Positions 1 to 10,550 of a DNA stretch of 64,000 bases are shown here, in pieces. The stretch comes from an uncultured delta proteobacterium. GTDB taxonomy: Bacteria; Desulfobacterota; Binatia; UBA9968. A model generated the notes under the pieces. The model searched no databases and was not told the DNA's origin. It worked only from the letters and a program-made list of their open reading frames with translations. The stretch is from assembly GCA_963847445.1 (NCBI GenBank), contig CAWJZV010000030.1:512001-576000 (forward strand), read 5' to 3'. Every line of letters starts with the position of its first letter. Position 1 is the first letter of the stretch. Both the position numbers and the translations under genes were made by a program.

Positions 1-729
1 CCCAAACATCTTGTGACCCGAGAAGGCGTAAAAATCGCAGTCGAGTTCCTGCACGTCAATTTTTAAGTGCGGCACCGCCTGGGCGCCGTCGAGCAGCACC
101 GGCACGCCGCGGCCATGCGCCAGGGCGATAATCTCTCTGACTGGCACCACGGTGCCGAGGGCATTGGAGACATGGGTCACCGAGACGAACTTGGTTCGGT
201 CATTGAGCAGGCGCTGATATTCTTCCATGACAATCTCGCCGTCATGGTTGATCGGAATCACCCGCAGCTTGGCGCCCACCTGCTCGCACAACATTTGCCA
301 GGGCACGATGTTGGAGTGATGCTCCATGGCCGAGACGATGATTTCGTCGCCGGCTTTTAAGAACGCCCGGCCGTAACTCTGCGTCACCAGGTTGATCGCC
401 TCGGTGGTGCCGCGCACGAAGATAATCTCCCGATCCGAACCGGCGTTGATAAAACCGCGCAGCTTGCCGCGCGCCGCTTCATAGGCCGCCGTGGCGCGCT
501 CGCTCAAGTGGTGCACGCCGCGGTGGATATTGGAATTCTCCGCCCGATAGTAGTGGTCGATGGCGTCGATGACGCACTGCGGCTTTTGACTCGTGGCGCC
601 GTTGTCGAAATAGACCAGCGGTTTGCCATGGATTTTCTGACTTAGGATCGGAAAGTCCTGGCGCAACCGGGCGACGTCAAACTTCTCTGACGCCAAGATC
701 CCAGCGGATTTCTGCGACAACGCCTTCAT
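1..729 (-). CDS. sufS: Cysteine desulfurase SufS, 5' part (runs off the window edge)
   Basis: Manual translation from ATG at 729: DFPIL...LVYFDNGATSQKP...NIHRG...RGTTEAIN...MEHHSNIVPW...DGAQ...FSGHKMFG (PLP lysine motif); follows sufD. Confidence 0.95.
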   Translation of the reverse strand, partial: MKALSQKSAGILASEKFDVARLRQDFPILSQKIHGKPLVYFDNGATSQKPQCVIDAIDHYYRAENSNIHRGVHHLSERATAAYEAARGKLRGFINAGSDREIIFVRGTTEAINLVTQSYGRAFLKAGDEIIVSAMEHHSNIVPWQMLCEQVGAKLRVIPINHDGEIVMEEYQRLLNDRTKFVSVTHVSNALGTVVPVREIIALAHGRGVPVLLDGAQAVPHLKIDVQELDCDFYAFSGHKMFG

Positions 730-736
730 AAAAATT

Positions 737-2062
737 TCACCACGCTCCGAATCGCCCGACCAGGTACTCGTCCAAACGCTGGCGCAAGTGTTCGATACCC
801 AGCCGCCGCACCACGTCGCTGGCAAAGGCGAAGCTCAACAAACTGCGCGCCGCGGCCACGTCCAGGCCGCGCGAGCGCAGATAAAAAATCGCATCGGCAT
901 CCAACTGGCCGATGGTCGAACCATGGCTGCATTTGACATCGTCGGCGTGAATCTCCAGCTGCGGTTTGCTGTCGATGACCGCGCTGTCCGACAATAATAA
1001 GTTCTTGTTGGTCTGGCGCGCGTCGGACTTCTGGGCATCTTTGTGGACGATGATCTTGCCGTTGAATACGCCATGGGCGGCGCCGCCGAGCACGCCCTTG
1101 TACAGTTCCAAGCTCGACGCCCGCGGACTGACATGCTCGATCAAAGTGTAGTTGTCGACATGCTGCTTGCCATCGGCGAGATAAAGGCCGTTGAGCACGC
1201 ACGCCGCCCCCGCGCCGTTCAACAGCACGCGGACATTGTTGCGCACCAGCGCGCCGCTCAAGGTCACCGCATGGGCGGTCAGATGACATCCCCGCGCCAA
1301 GCTCGCCGCCAGCGTGCCGACATGAAACCCCTGGTCGCTATCCTGCTGCAAACGGTAGTGCTCGATACTGGCGTCCTCAGCGCCGACCAATTCGGTGACG
1401 GCGTTGCAGAAATAAACCTTGCCGCTTTCGCCTAAATAACTCTCGACGATCTTCGCCTCGCTGCCGGCGCCGAGCAAAAGCAAAATCCGCGGCTGGGAAA
1501 TCACCGGCAGGGCCCCGGAGGTAGAAACGAATAATAAATAAATCGGCCGCTCAAGACGGCACCCCGGCGCCAACGAAACCACCGCGCCATCGCCGAGAAA
1601 AGCGCTGTTGAGCGCGACAAAATGTTGCTGCTCTGCGCGCGCCAGTTGCCCGAGCTGCGCGGCCACGGCCGGGTCACCCTGATCGATGAATTCCGCCAGC
1701 GGCCCAAGCCGCAATCCCTGCGGCAGGCTTGAAATGTTGGACAGCGCCGCGCTGTAAATGCCATTGACGAATGTTAGCCGCGGCGCGTCGGTATCGATCA
1801 GCGCCCGGGAAAATACTTGGGCGCCGACAATCGATTTCGCTTCACCGTTGGCCTGGGCGAAGGACTGCGCCGCGATCGGCTCGACGTTGGTATACTTCCA
1901 GTCTTCGTGCTTGAGCGTCGGAAAGCCCATCGCGTCAAAGCTGGCGATCCCAGCGTGGCGCAGCTGTTCAAGCCACGCCGGTCCGGTTAACGCTCCGCCC
2001 GCGCGCAGCTGCTTGAAGGCGGCGATATAAGGTTCTTTGCTTTCAGCACTGAGCATGTTCAA
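737..2062 (-). CDS. sufD: Fe-S cluster assembly protein SufD
   Basis: FPTLKHEDWKYT N-terminus, GVFNGKIIV, KPQLEIHADDVKCSHG, FYLRSRG motifs. Confidence 0.95.
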   Translation of the reverse strand: MNMLSAESKEPYIAAFKQLRAGGALTGPAWLEQLRHAGIASFDAMGFPTLKHEDWKYTNVEPIAAQSFAQANGEAKSIVGAQVFSRALIDTDAPRLTFVNGIYSAALSNISSLPQGLRLGPLAEFIDQGDPAVAAQLGQLARAEQQHFVALNSAFLGDGAVVSLAPGCRLERPIYLLFVSTSGALPVISQPRILLLLGAGSEAKIVESYLGESGKVYFCNAVTELVGAEDASIEHYRLQQDSDQGFHVGTLAASLARGCHLTAHAVTLSGALVRNNVRVLLNGAGAACVLNGLYLADGKQHVDNYTLIEHVSPRASSLELYKGVLGGAAHGVFNGKIIVHKDAQKSDARQTNKNLLLSDSAVIDSKPQLEIHADDVKCSHGSTIGQLDADAIFYLRSRGLDVAAARSLLSFAFASDVVRRLGIEHLRQRLDEYLVGRFGAW

Positions 2063-2079
2063 CGTCGCTTTCGCGGATT

Positions 2080-2844
2080 CTAACGAGCCGCGACACCTTC
2101 ACCCTTGAGCCAATCGTAACCTTTACTTTCCAACTCAAACGCCAGTTCTTTGGTGCCCGACTTGACGATCCGGCCGTTGTACAGAACATGAATGAAGTCG
2201 GGAACGATATAATCGAGCAGCCGTTGATAGTGGGTGATCACGATCATGGCGCGGTTGGGGCTGCGCAGCGCATTGACGCCGCCGGCGATGACCCGCAGGG
2301 CGTCGATATCCAATCCCGAGTCGGTTTCGTCGAGCAGCGCGAGCGTCGGATCGAGCACCGCCATTTGTAAAATTTCATTGCGCTTCTTTTCGCCGCCGGA
2401 AAACCCCTCGTTGAGCGGCCGGTTGAGCAGGGTTTGACTCATCTCCACCAGACTCATCTTGTCCTTGATCAAGCTGAGAAACTCCATGGCGTCGAGTTCG
2501 TCCAGGCCACGGTGTTTACGCACGGCGTTGAGCGCCGCCTTGAGAAAATAGGTCGTCGAGACGCCGGGAATTTCGATGGGATATTGAAACGCCAGGAAAA
2601 TCCCTTCGCGCGCCCGGATCTCCGGCGCCATCGCCAACAAATCTTTCCCTTGATAGGTCACGGTGCCGGCGGTGACTTCATAGGCTTCCCGCCCTGCGAG
2701 AACATGGGCTAAAGTGCTCTTGCCCGAAGCGTTGGGCCCCATGATCGCGTGCACCTCGCCGGCGCCGACATGCAGATCGATGCCGCGCAGGATTTCCTTA
2801 TCGCCGACTTTGGCGTGCAAGTTTTTGATATCTAACATTGGCAA
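2080..2844 (-). CDS. sufC: Fe-S cluster assembly ATPase SufC
   Basis: Walker A GPNASGKST, LAFQYP, FSGGEKKRNE, LDETDSGLDID, ITHYQR. Confidence 0.97.
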   Translation of the reverse strand: MPMLDIKNLHAKVGDKEILRGIDLHVGAGEVHAIMGPNASGKSTLAHVLAGREAYEVTAGTVTYQGKDLLAMAPEIRAREGIFLAFQYPIEIPGVSTTYFLKAALNAVRKHRGLDELDAMEFLSLIKDKMSLVEMSQTLLNRPLNEGFSGGEKKRNEILQMAVLDPTLALLDETDSGLDIDALRVIAGGVNALRSPNRAMIVITHYQRLLDYIVPDFIHVLYNGRIVKSGTKELAFELESKGYDWLKGEGVAAR

Positions 2845-2851
2845 TCCTTAT

Positions 2852-3352
2852 CTAAATAACTAAACAGCTCTTCTGCATTGGCGCTTTGAGCATGCGCCCC
2901 TTCAAGCCCTGGCGATCGGCGATGTCGGCGATGGTCACGCCGGCGAGAAAGTTGGCGAGCACCGATTGCGCCTCTTGCCAGATCGACTTTTGCGTGCACA
3001 CCGCGCAGTAGGAACAATAGTTCGCGCCCTGTTCGAGACACTCCATCAACACCAACGGCCGCTCCACCGTCTCGTAAATATCTTTAATGGTAATCGCCGC
3101 GGATGTCTTAGCCAGAGTGAAGCCACCCTTGGAACCGATATGCGACCGCACCAAACCGCCGGCGACCAGATCCTTCATGATCTTGGACAGATAAAAGGAT
3201 GGAATATCCTGGCTCCTCTCGATCTCGGTGCGGCTGACGATCGCCCCGGCCGGCTGCCCAGCCAGAAATGACAACGCCCGCACGGCGTAATCGACCCGCC
3301 GTCCGACGTTCATCAACGAACTGCGTTCGCTTTTGGGCTTGCCGCGTTTCAC
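2852..3352 (-). CDS. Rrf2-family transcriptional regulator (IscR/SufR-like)
   Basis: DYAVRAL...YLSKIMKDL...GLVRSHIGSKGGFTLAK winged HTH; Cys cluster CLEQGANYCSYCAVC; first gene of suf operon; start may be 3313. Confidence 0.9.
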   Translation of the reverse strand: MKRGKPKSERSSLMNVGRRVDYAVRALSFLAGQPAGAIVSRTEIERSQDIPSFYLSKIMKDLVAGGLVRSHIGSKGGFTLAKTSAAITIKDIYETVERPLVLMECLEQGANYCSYCAVCTQKSIWQEAQSVLANFLAGVTIADIADRQGLKGRMLKAPMQKSCLVI

Positions 3353-3357
3353 ATTTT

Positions 3358-3388
3358 AAATATAGACTCGTTAGGTCTACTATGTCAA
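3358..3388 (-). promoter_or_regulatory. Sigma70-type promoter of suf operon with overlapping palindromic operator
   Basis: Minus strand TTGACA (3388-3383), 18 nt, TATATT; inverted repeat TAGAC-N7-GTCTA (3363-3379) lies in the spacer. Confidence 0.7.
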
Positions 3389-3862
3389 GGTAGCTTGCGC
3401 GGCGTCGATCGCGCTGGTGATTTCACGGTGAACGCTGAAGCGCGACAGCAACAGCTGGAGAGCAGCAATCGCCGCCCGCGCCGGCGAAAAGGGCGTCGAT
3501 CGGATGATGAAATTGTTGGGCAATTAGTTAGGACGCGCTGCCTGCGGCTGCGAAAGTCATTTAGACGGCAGATACAACGGTTGGCGCGCGAAATCGGTAT
3601 GTCTTAGAGCGTCCGTTTCAGTGCAAAAAACGATCGCTAAGCCTTCAAGCTACGCAATTTCTGCAATCTTCTATCGCTGATTCAATAGCTCGCGCTGGTC
3701 CGACCCCGGGATGACCCTGGTGCGGGAAGCAGCTGATTCAGATCAGGGCCCTCCGGCGGGGATCGATGGGTGAGACGTTTCTGAGGCATTCATTGACGGT
3801 TTGCTCGGGGCTTGCGAGTCATTTCCAAGGCATTGCCGGCCGTCATCGTCCGACGGCGAACT

Positions 3863-4075
3863 TCAGCTTCCTCCTAACGGAATCTCGATGGTTTTTCGGT
3901 CGTGCTTCAAAAAGTTAAAGAATGGCAAATCCGATAACATTCCCTTTTGCTGTCGATGCGCTCGTAAACGTCCGGGACTTATGGTTCGGAACGATCCCTT
4001 GACGTTTAGGAAGGTCGACCTCAAGGAAGTCACCTTCTTCGTCAAACCACACCCTTAACCGCGCTGCTTTTTGGC
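3863..4075 (-). pseudogene. DUF2283-like small protein, frameshifted
   Basis: Across frames: LRVWFDEEGDFLEV...KGSFRTI...KGNVIGFAIL(N)FLKHDRKTIEIPL, typical DUF2283 pattern. Confidence 0.55.
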
Positions 4076-4293
4076 AAGCCACTATGCCCTTCGTCTTCGC
4101 GCAATCAACTTCGCTCCGTCCACAACTGGGAGTCGCCGGCAGTGTTTTGAAACTCCCGAACCGCTCCGCCGTCTTCGTCCGTCGAGCGGTCGTGGAATCA
4201 TTATGCAGCCAGCCATGTCCGATCAAATGTGGCGCGAGTCGTTGCCACCTCAAACCGGACGAACCTGTAGACTCCCCGACCCCTTTGCGATGG

Positions 4294-5391
4294 CTAATTG
4301 AGCCTTGCCCCACCATGCAACGCCTGTGCGGCGGCGTATTCCTTGGAAAGGTCGAATCCTATGTCCGTATCCAGGGCGATGGACTTGAACGCTACGTACA
4401 TGAGGCACACTAAGTGGAGCCCGCTGAAATTTCCCGCAAGGCTCTTCAGTTGATATTTTGGCGTGGAATCGTTGGTATCCAGACCGCGTTGTCCCGTTGC
4501 CGCGATTTCGAAACCGATCTGTTGCACCTCCGCGCGCGGCATCTTGGCAAATGTTTCCAATGCGCCAAGGCAATACATCACGGCGTCCGGACGTGGCATT
4601 CCTGGTGTATGCCTTTTGAAGCTCTGTTCGGCCATCTTTCGCAAGGCATCCTGCGCGGCGTCGGCGATTTTGCTGTATTCATCAAGATCGATAACTTTTT
4701 TGTACGCGTCATGAGCGTCTTTGGTGCGTCCTAAAGCGACCAGGACCTCGGCCAGGCCGAACACCGCCGCCTGGTCTCTTGGTGCGAGCATTACCGCCTG
4801 CCGAAGATGTTCTTCCGCCTCCTCTGACCGGCCAGCCTTGAAGAGACAAGCGCCAAGATTCCGCTGTGCCCAGGGATTTTCTGGATCTCTTCGCACCGCC
4901 TCATTGAGAACGGCAATCGCTTCCGTATTGTTCCCCTGCCTTTGCAGCGCAACTCCGAGAGCAATCCTCGCGTTGGTGAAATCGGCAACCAAATTGACGG
5001 CTGTACGCAGATGCTCCTGGGCTTCGGCCAATTGTCCCATGTCGCTGAGCGCCATGCCGAGATTGTACATGATGTTTACGTCTGTCGGTTTATCGCTCAA
5101 GAACAGTCTCAATAGTGTGACGGCTCCCGCGTACTCGCCGCGCTTGAGTTTTTCGACGACTTGCGCCAGAGCATCGGGCGACTGGCGATCAGGTGTCCAA
5201 CTTATCTCGATAGTCTGGTCGCTAACTTCGACCGAATGCCAGCCGCCGATGGCCTGAAAATCCGCGGTCAGATAAGCTTTTACTGAGTCTCGGAAAAGTG
5301 CAGTACCGCGCTGGCGCGCCTCGCTGGGCAAAAGTGAAAGATCGAAGTCCTCCGTTGCCAAGGTAAATTTCACCACATTCGGTTCGGTCAT
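4294..5391 (-). CDS. Tetratricopeptide repeat protein with uncharacterised N- and C-terminal domains
   Basis: About five TPR units (YNLGMAL, IALGVAL, RNLGACL, FGLAEVL); C-terminal domain RPDAVMYCLGAL...FSGLHLVCLMY. Confidence 0.85.
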   Translation of the reverse strand: MTEPNVVKFTLATEDFDLSLLPSEARQRGTALFRDSVKAYLTADFQAIGGWHSVEVSDQTIEISWTPDRQSPDALAQVVEKLKRGEYAGAVTLLRLFLSDKPTDVNIMYNLGMALSDMGQLAEAQEHLRTAVNLVADFTNARIALGVALQRQGNNTEAIAVLNEAVRRDPENPWAQRNLGACLFKAGRSEEAEEHLRQAVMLAPRDQAAVFGLAEVLVALGRTKDAHDAYKKVIDLDEYSKIADAAQDALRKMAEQSFKRHTPGMPRPDAVMYCLGALETFAKMPRAEVQQIGFEIAATGQRGLDTNDSTPKYQLKSLAGNFSGLHLVCLMYVAFKSIALDTDIGFDLSKEYAAAQALHGGARLN

Positions 5392-5446
5392 AATGAAAGT
5401 TTTATAGCCTGGGTGCTGGAATATAGGAAGAGACCCGTCTGGGTCT

Positions 5447-6236
5447 TCAGGAGTGGCTTGGCGGGTTATAGGGACGCCACTGATACCAACCCGTAAGACC
5501 TAACTGTTTGCTCCAGAGATCGATGAGCTGGCAATCCGCGGAAGCATCATCGGGCACTTCGTCTAGAGCCCGCAGGAGTTCCTCGCCAGCTTTGGCAAAA
5601 CCAGCCGCTTTATAGGGGAGCGAAAGCCTTGGATCGGCAAGATGGCTGGCCCAGAACTCGGCGAACGCAGCGTTCATCGTCAGGTTGGCGTTAAGGACCT
5701 TTGTGGCAGCAATCTTCTTGATCTCCGGACTAAGTACCTGCAAGTTTTCTTGCAATTGCTGCATTGCCGCCTTCTGTTGAAGTTCAGAAAGCTCCGGATA
5801 CTCGCGCATGATCCACGAGTCGACGCGAAAGCCAATCGGAATGGATCTCAGCTGGGTCATGAGTCCGTCGAAAAGTTGATCGCGCAGCGTTGCAATGCTT
5901 TCTGGAGGCAATTTCAATTTTGTTCCCGGCCCGTCAGGCGCGGTAAGAAGCTGGTAAACGATCTGTCTACCCTCAACCGTGCCCGCGAAATCGAACCGGT
6001 CAGCAGCGGCAATGCTAAACAGCCGCAGGATAAAGCCGCACTGAAAGCAGATTAAATAATCCGGCTCGCCAACCGCCGAGGGGTTGAATGAAATCAAGTG
6101 AATTTTGTTCGCGCCGCGCGCGATGCGTGCAGCCGCCAAAGTTTTGAGCGAAGCTGTCCTCGCTGACGACGACCGGACAGCCGCTCGCGTCTTCAACTAG
6201 TTTAATGACGGTGCGGGTTACTTCTCGAAGTGTCAT
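5447..6236 (-). CDS. Hypothetical protein (one frameshift near 6150), probable partner of TPR gene
   Basis: ORFs 6015-6248 (MTLREVTRTVIKLVEDASGCPVVVSED) and 5447-6196 join into about 260 aa; motif DYLICFQCGFILRLF. Confidence 0.7.
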
Positions 6237-6498
6237 GGAATGTACCATACCATAATCTAAACAAGCGCAAACTGCATCTTGTATGCCTGCGTCTGGATTA
6301 GAAGGTTGGACAATATGTTTAGCCGAAAGCGAATCGACAAAGCAGGCTGGTCGATCAAATCTACGCGTTGGCCGGGGTTTTCAAAAAGTGGAGCTGAGCC
6401 TCGAAAATACGCATTTCTCAGCACTGGGAAAGACGTCAAAAGTTAAGACCTCAATCTCACCCTTCACTGACCCTCAATCTTCCTTTCACTCTGTCTTG

Positions 6499-7423
6499 TC
6501 ATCGCCGGAACACTATTTCGGAATGCCACTCCAGGAACTCGCGGTTTGGTTTGGATTCAGCGTTATTCGGTAACCAGATCGTGTTCCCGCTCATACGAAA
6601 ATATTCTTCACCGTTGTTGAAGTCGTCTTTAAGACGATGACTGGCTCGGAACTTGTAGTCGGGCGTGACCGTTACATAGCCTTTGTCGAATAGCCTGTGG
6701 ATATCGGAGCGAAAAAGGACACCGTTGTCTACACGATGCTTGCCTTCTTCGGTCACGGGCCTAATGTGTGCTGCGTCGAGTGCGGAAGGGCCTTCTCCCC
6801 GGTAATAGCGCAACGACGTTGATAGGCATCGGTCACGAGGATGCGGAAAGCGCCCTGACCGAGCCGTTGTCTGATAGAGATGGGGTCACTCCACATGACA
6901 GTACCGTCGCCGACTTGAAACTGCACGACTGGTTGAGATGCCAACCCCATTTGGATCGCATTCCATAGGTCTTTTCCCGTTCCGGAACCAATATCGTACG
7001 TTTTGCCTTGGACAATGTTCAAAGAAAAGTCTTTCGGAATTGGAATCCACTCGTTACGTAAAAGGAAGAAAGGCTGCTGTAGGAGGATACAACCGATCTC
7101 AAAATCTTCCCTAGCGTCTGCCTTGGAACCACGATACTTCAAAATCTTTGATCGCATTTCGCCGAACGTGCTGGTTCCATTTTTTTCGCCGAACGCCTCC
7201 CACGCCAAACTCACAGGCAGGATTGAAGAGTGAGTAAAGAGACCCGCCGCCCACGATGAAGTTCTGCGGGCTGTGCAATTTGAAAGAAAAAAGCTCCCCA
7301 GGCCCGAGACTTTGGAAGCGTTGTTTCCCGCCCGGCTGCCAGAAATTCACCTCGTCAACATTGACGAGTTTACTTAGAGAAGCGATGCCAGTCGTTGTCT
7401 GTTACGCCGACATAGATTTTCAT
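6499..7423 (-). CDS. HNH endonuclease (COG3440-like putative restriction endonuclease), frameshifted
   Basis: Manual start MKIYVGVTDNDW; VNFWQPGG; RLGQGAFRILVTDAYQRRCAITGE; AAHIRP...NGVLFRSDIHRLFDKG; FLEWH. Confidence 0.88.
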
Positions 7424-7562
7424 GACATAAATGCTTGTTAGCTAGACACCGCCGTAGCCTAGGCTCGCGCGCCAATTAGGACCGGTTTAGTTGTATGGTA
7501 ATTTTAATTTATAGAACCCTCGCACCGAGATGTGTTGGACATTCGGCGATACCGCTTGCCAC

Positions 7563-10019
7563 TCAAATCGTTTCTGGTAGGAGAGCAACCAACTCTGCAA
7601 TGACTTGTACGGTGCCGCGGGTGTTTGGCTCAAATACTAGTTGCCGAAAACTGGAGTCATCGCTATCTGGCACTAAAATTATTCTCTCGTGTCGCCACTC
7701 TTCCTGCTCTGAGAAAACCTTCTCGCTCTTATAGATCTTTACGGTGTAAGACCCGCCCAGTTCCGGATCGTGAATATCCCGATGCTGGGCCACAACAATC
7801 TTACCCTGCCGCGTCCCTGTTGGATTAGTCCTGAGTAAACACCAGGAGCCGTTGGGAATTCTGCGATTCATCGATTCGCCAATGACTTGAGCGACAAACA
7901 ATCCCGGCCTTGGTCTGAAGAGATCGGGAAGTTCTACCCATTCGACTTCATCGGGATCAATCGATTGCGTTTCACTGAACGTGCCAGCGGCGAACTTGAG
8001 ATCGACGAGTGGCACCGCATTGTCGTAACGTTTCACTTCAGACAAGGGAAGCTTTCGAAACGGAAAATTACGCGAGTTAGAAACAGAAGACTGCTTAGGT
8101 TGCGGCAGGGGTTCCTTCACGACTCGAGGTTGCAACCCTAAACCTTCCGTTCGACTGCGAACGAAGCGCTCCGTGTCCTTATCCATGAAGTGCACATAGC
8201 AGCCCTTGAGGCCGCGCGACAACAGCACACGGTACGTGTTCTTAACTAGGTCGGTGAACTGATCGCCGCCCTTCTTTACGACAGTGTCGTGTGACTTGTC
8301 TTTCTGGCCGCGCCAAGCTCCCCGATCCAGATTGTACACGAGGTCTGGGTCCCCAGATTACGCCGACGTAATCGAATTCAAACCCTTGTGCCGTATATAC
8401 ACACCCCACTTGATCGATACCGCGTGGGTCGTAGGCCCAAAGAACTTCCGGAGGAATGCCGGGTTTGAGACGTTTAGCCTCCGAACGAGCATTCCAAGGG
8501 CGTCTTAAAGTCGCCTATTACAACGTCATTGATGAGCGAACCGTCAGGCGTCGTCTCCGTAGACCAGGGCCAACAGAAACCGGCAACCAATCTTGCGCTG
8601 TGGCCAGTTTCACTGAACGAGCGTATTCGACGGTCGAGTTCTTCGGGAGAGCTGACGATTTGGAACTCAAATGTCTCGTTTCGCTGATCCCATATTGGTG
8701 TGGCCGTCTCTTCAACGCCAAGACTATTGTCTATCCAATTTACGAAACCACTGGAGCCCGCACAACGAAACTGTGCTTCCAGCTTGTGCTCTTCGAGCGA
8801 ACAGCCGTTGCGCCCGGCATAGTCCCGAATTAAATCGCTGGCACCCACTTCTCCAGGTCGCACGATCTGACGGTCATCAATGAAGAGACACCACCGTCTT
8901 TGAAGCGTCGATTAGCTCCTGTATTTGTGTCTTCGAAGACTTCTTCTCTTTCCGTGTAAAGCGATGATTGCTTGATGACCGGATGCGGTGCGACTCATCG
9001 CAAATGAGCGCATCTACTGACGACGGATCTGCGCTACCGTATTGGTTGAAATAGCGAAATTGCTGACCCGCTCTACGACCTACGATTTTCTGTAAGGTCT
9101 TAGTGAATGCGCGCGAACCCGTTACGTACTGAGCATTAAACCCCTTGCCTGAAAGTTCGCTCATCAAATTGATAGCAAGCACGGACTTGCCTGTACCTGG
9201 GCCGCCTTTAATTAAGAGAAACCGCCTTCCTTCTCTGTGCTATACCTTTCTTCACACTCGCCAGGATTCGGCTGTACACGACCTGTTGCTCGTATCGAAT
9301 AGCACGAAGCGAGGTTCACACTTGATGACACCAGAGACGTGGTCGAGCAAACGCTTGCTGGGCCTGAATCGACTTTGCTCCACCCGAGCCAAGACCGGCA
9401 TTCCTTGTCCATTCTCTAGTCTCATCTCCAAATAGGTGACGAGATCGCCCACTGAATCAGCATCGAACAATGGTGTGATGCCGCGGATGTCATCGAACTT
9501 CGGAGACTTGATGGGATCATCAGCAGTAGACACGTAGTTGTGAAGGTACGCACACGCAGCGAGTTGCACTGGCTCTTTCTCGTAGAAAGCCTCGTGCATG
9601 TCCAGAAGATATCGACGATATTGGTTGGCTTGCATCGACGGATGTAGAACGTCGCGCTCAGCGCCCCCTAGGTAAGTGCGCACCAAGCCCTCGCCTTCGG
9701 TAGCTTCGGATTTATCCCATTGCTTCAGTTCCACAATGACGGCAGAGTCCCGACTATAGCTGTCGTGTCCAGTAATCATGCAATCGAGACGTTTGGAAGT
9801 CAGAGGCAGTTGATACTCAAGAATTACGCCGTGGTCATTTAGATCGGCCTCTGTAAACACTTGAGCCAGGGCACGGAGCGATTCCTGCCATGATCGAATT
9901 TCAGACGGAGGTGGATCGTAACGAAACTGACTGCGGAACGCCACCTTCAGCTTGTCAGCAATCTGGTTGTGCGTTGAGTCCCGAACGAAGTCGGGGGACA
10001 TTCCTGCGTAGAGACGCAT
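7563..10019 (-). CDS. DUF2075 (Schlafen group 3-like) nuclease-helicase with C-terminal S24/LexA-type peptidase domain, several frameshifts
   Basis: Four consecutive ORFs; N-terminal EYQLP..RLD..VELKQW (PD-(D/E)xK-like); Walker A GGPGTGKS near 9185-9207; Walker B ICDESHR; QFRCAGS; ARLVAGFCWPW; NTYRVLLSRG; C-terminal IGESMNRRIPNG...YTVK. Confidence 0.88.
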
Positions 10020-10020
10020 G

Positions 10021-10372
10021 TCAGAGTTCCTGTGTACTTCTTGTTCGATCCCCGGGCTTTCTCTACGGGGTACTTCTTTGCGTTGTGAACAATTTTGTCT
10101 CGTGCCGCCGCAATCAGATCGACATCGAGCTTGTCAGCCAATCGCACTAGGTAAATTAAAACGTCGGCGATTTCATCTTTGACTTTGGCCTTCTGCTCGT
10201 CGGAAAGGCCCTTGCTTTGCTCTTCCGTGAGCCACTGAAACTGCTCTAGCAACTCGCCAGCTTCCACTGTCAACGCGGATGCGAGGTTTTTCGGCGAGTG
10301 AAACTGATCCCAGTCTCTATCTTCGGCGAATTTGCGGATCGCCAAACGCAGCGCGTCTATTTCATTGTCCAT
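10021..10372 (-). CDS. MazG-like nucleotide pyrophosphohydrolase
   Basis: FAEDRDWDQFHSPKNLA..EAGELLE.FQW...DEIADVLIYL...N.KKYP; true end KKYTEL* abuts the DUF2075 ATG (indel near 10030). Confidence 0.92.
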
Positions 10373-10550
10373 TTTGGTTCACGCTAAGAAATATTGGGTT
10401 GATATTCAGCTTCATTCGGGGTAGAGGCACTGATTCGGCGCGCTGCATTCAAAACATTAGACTGCTAACTGCGCTGGGACAGCTCAGCTTAAATTTTCGT
10501 CACTCTACTGGAATCGCGGGGGAGGTGGCAAGGGTTTCTTAAAACAACCC

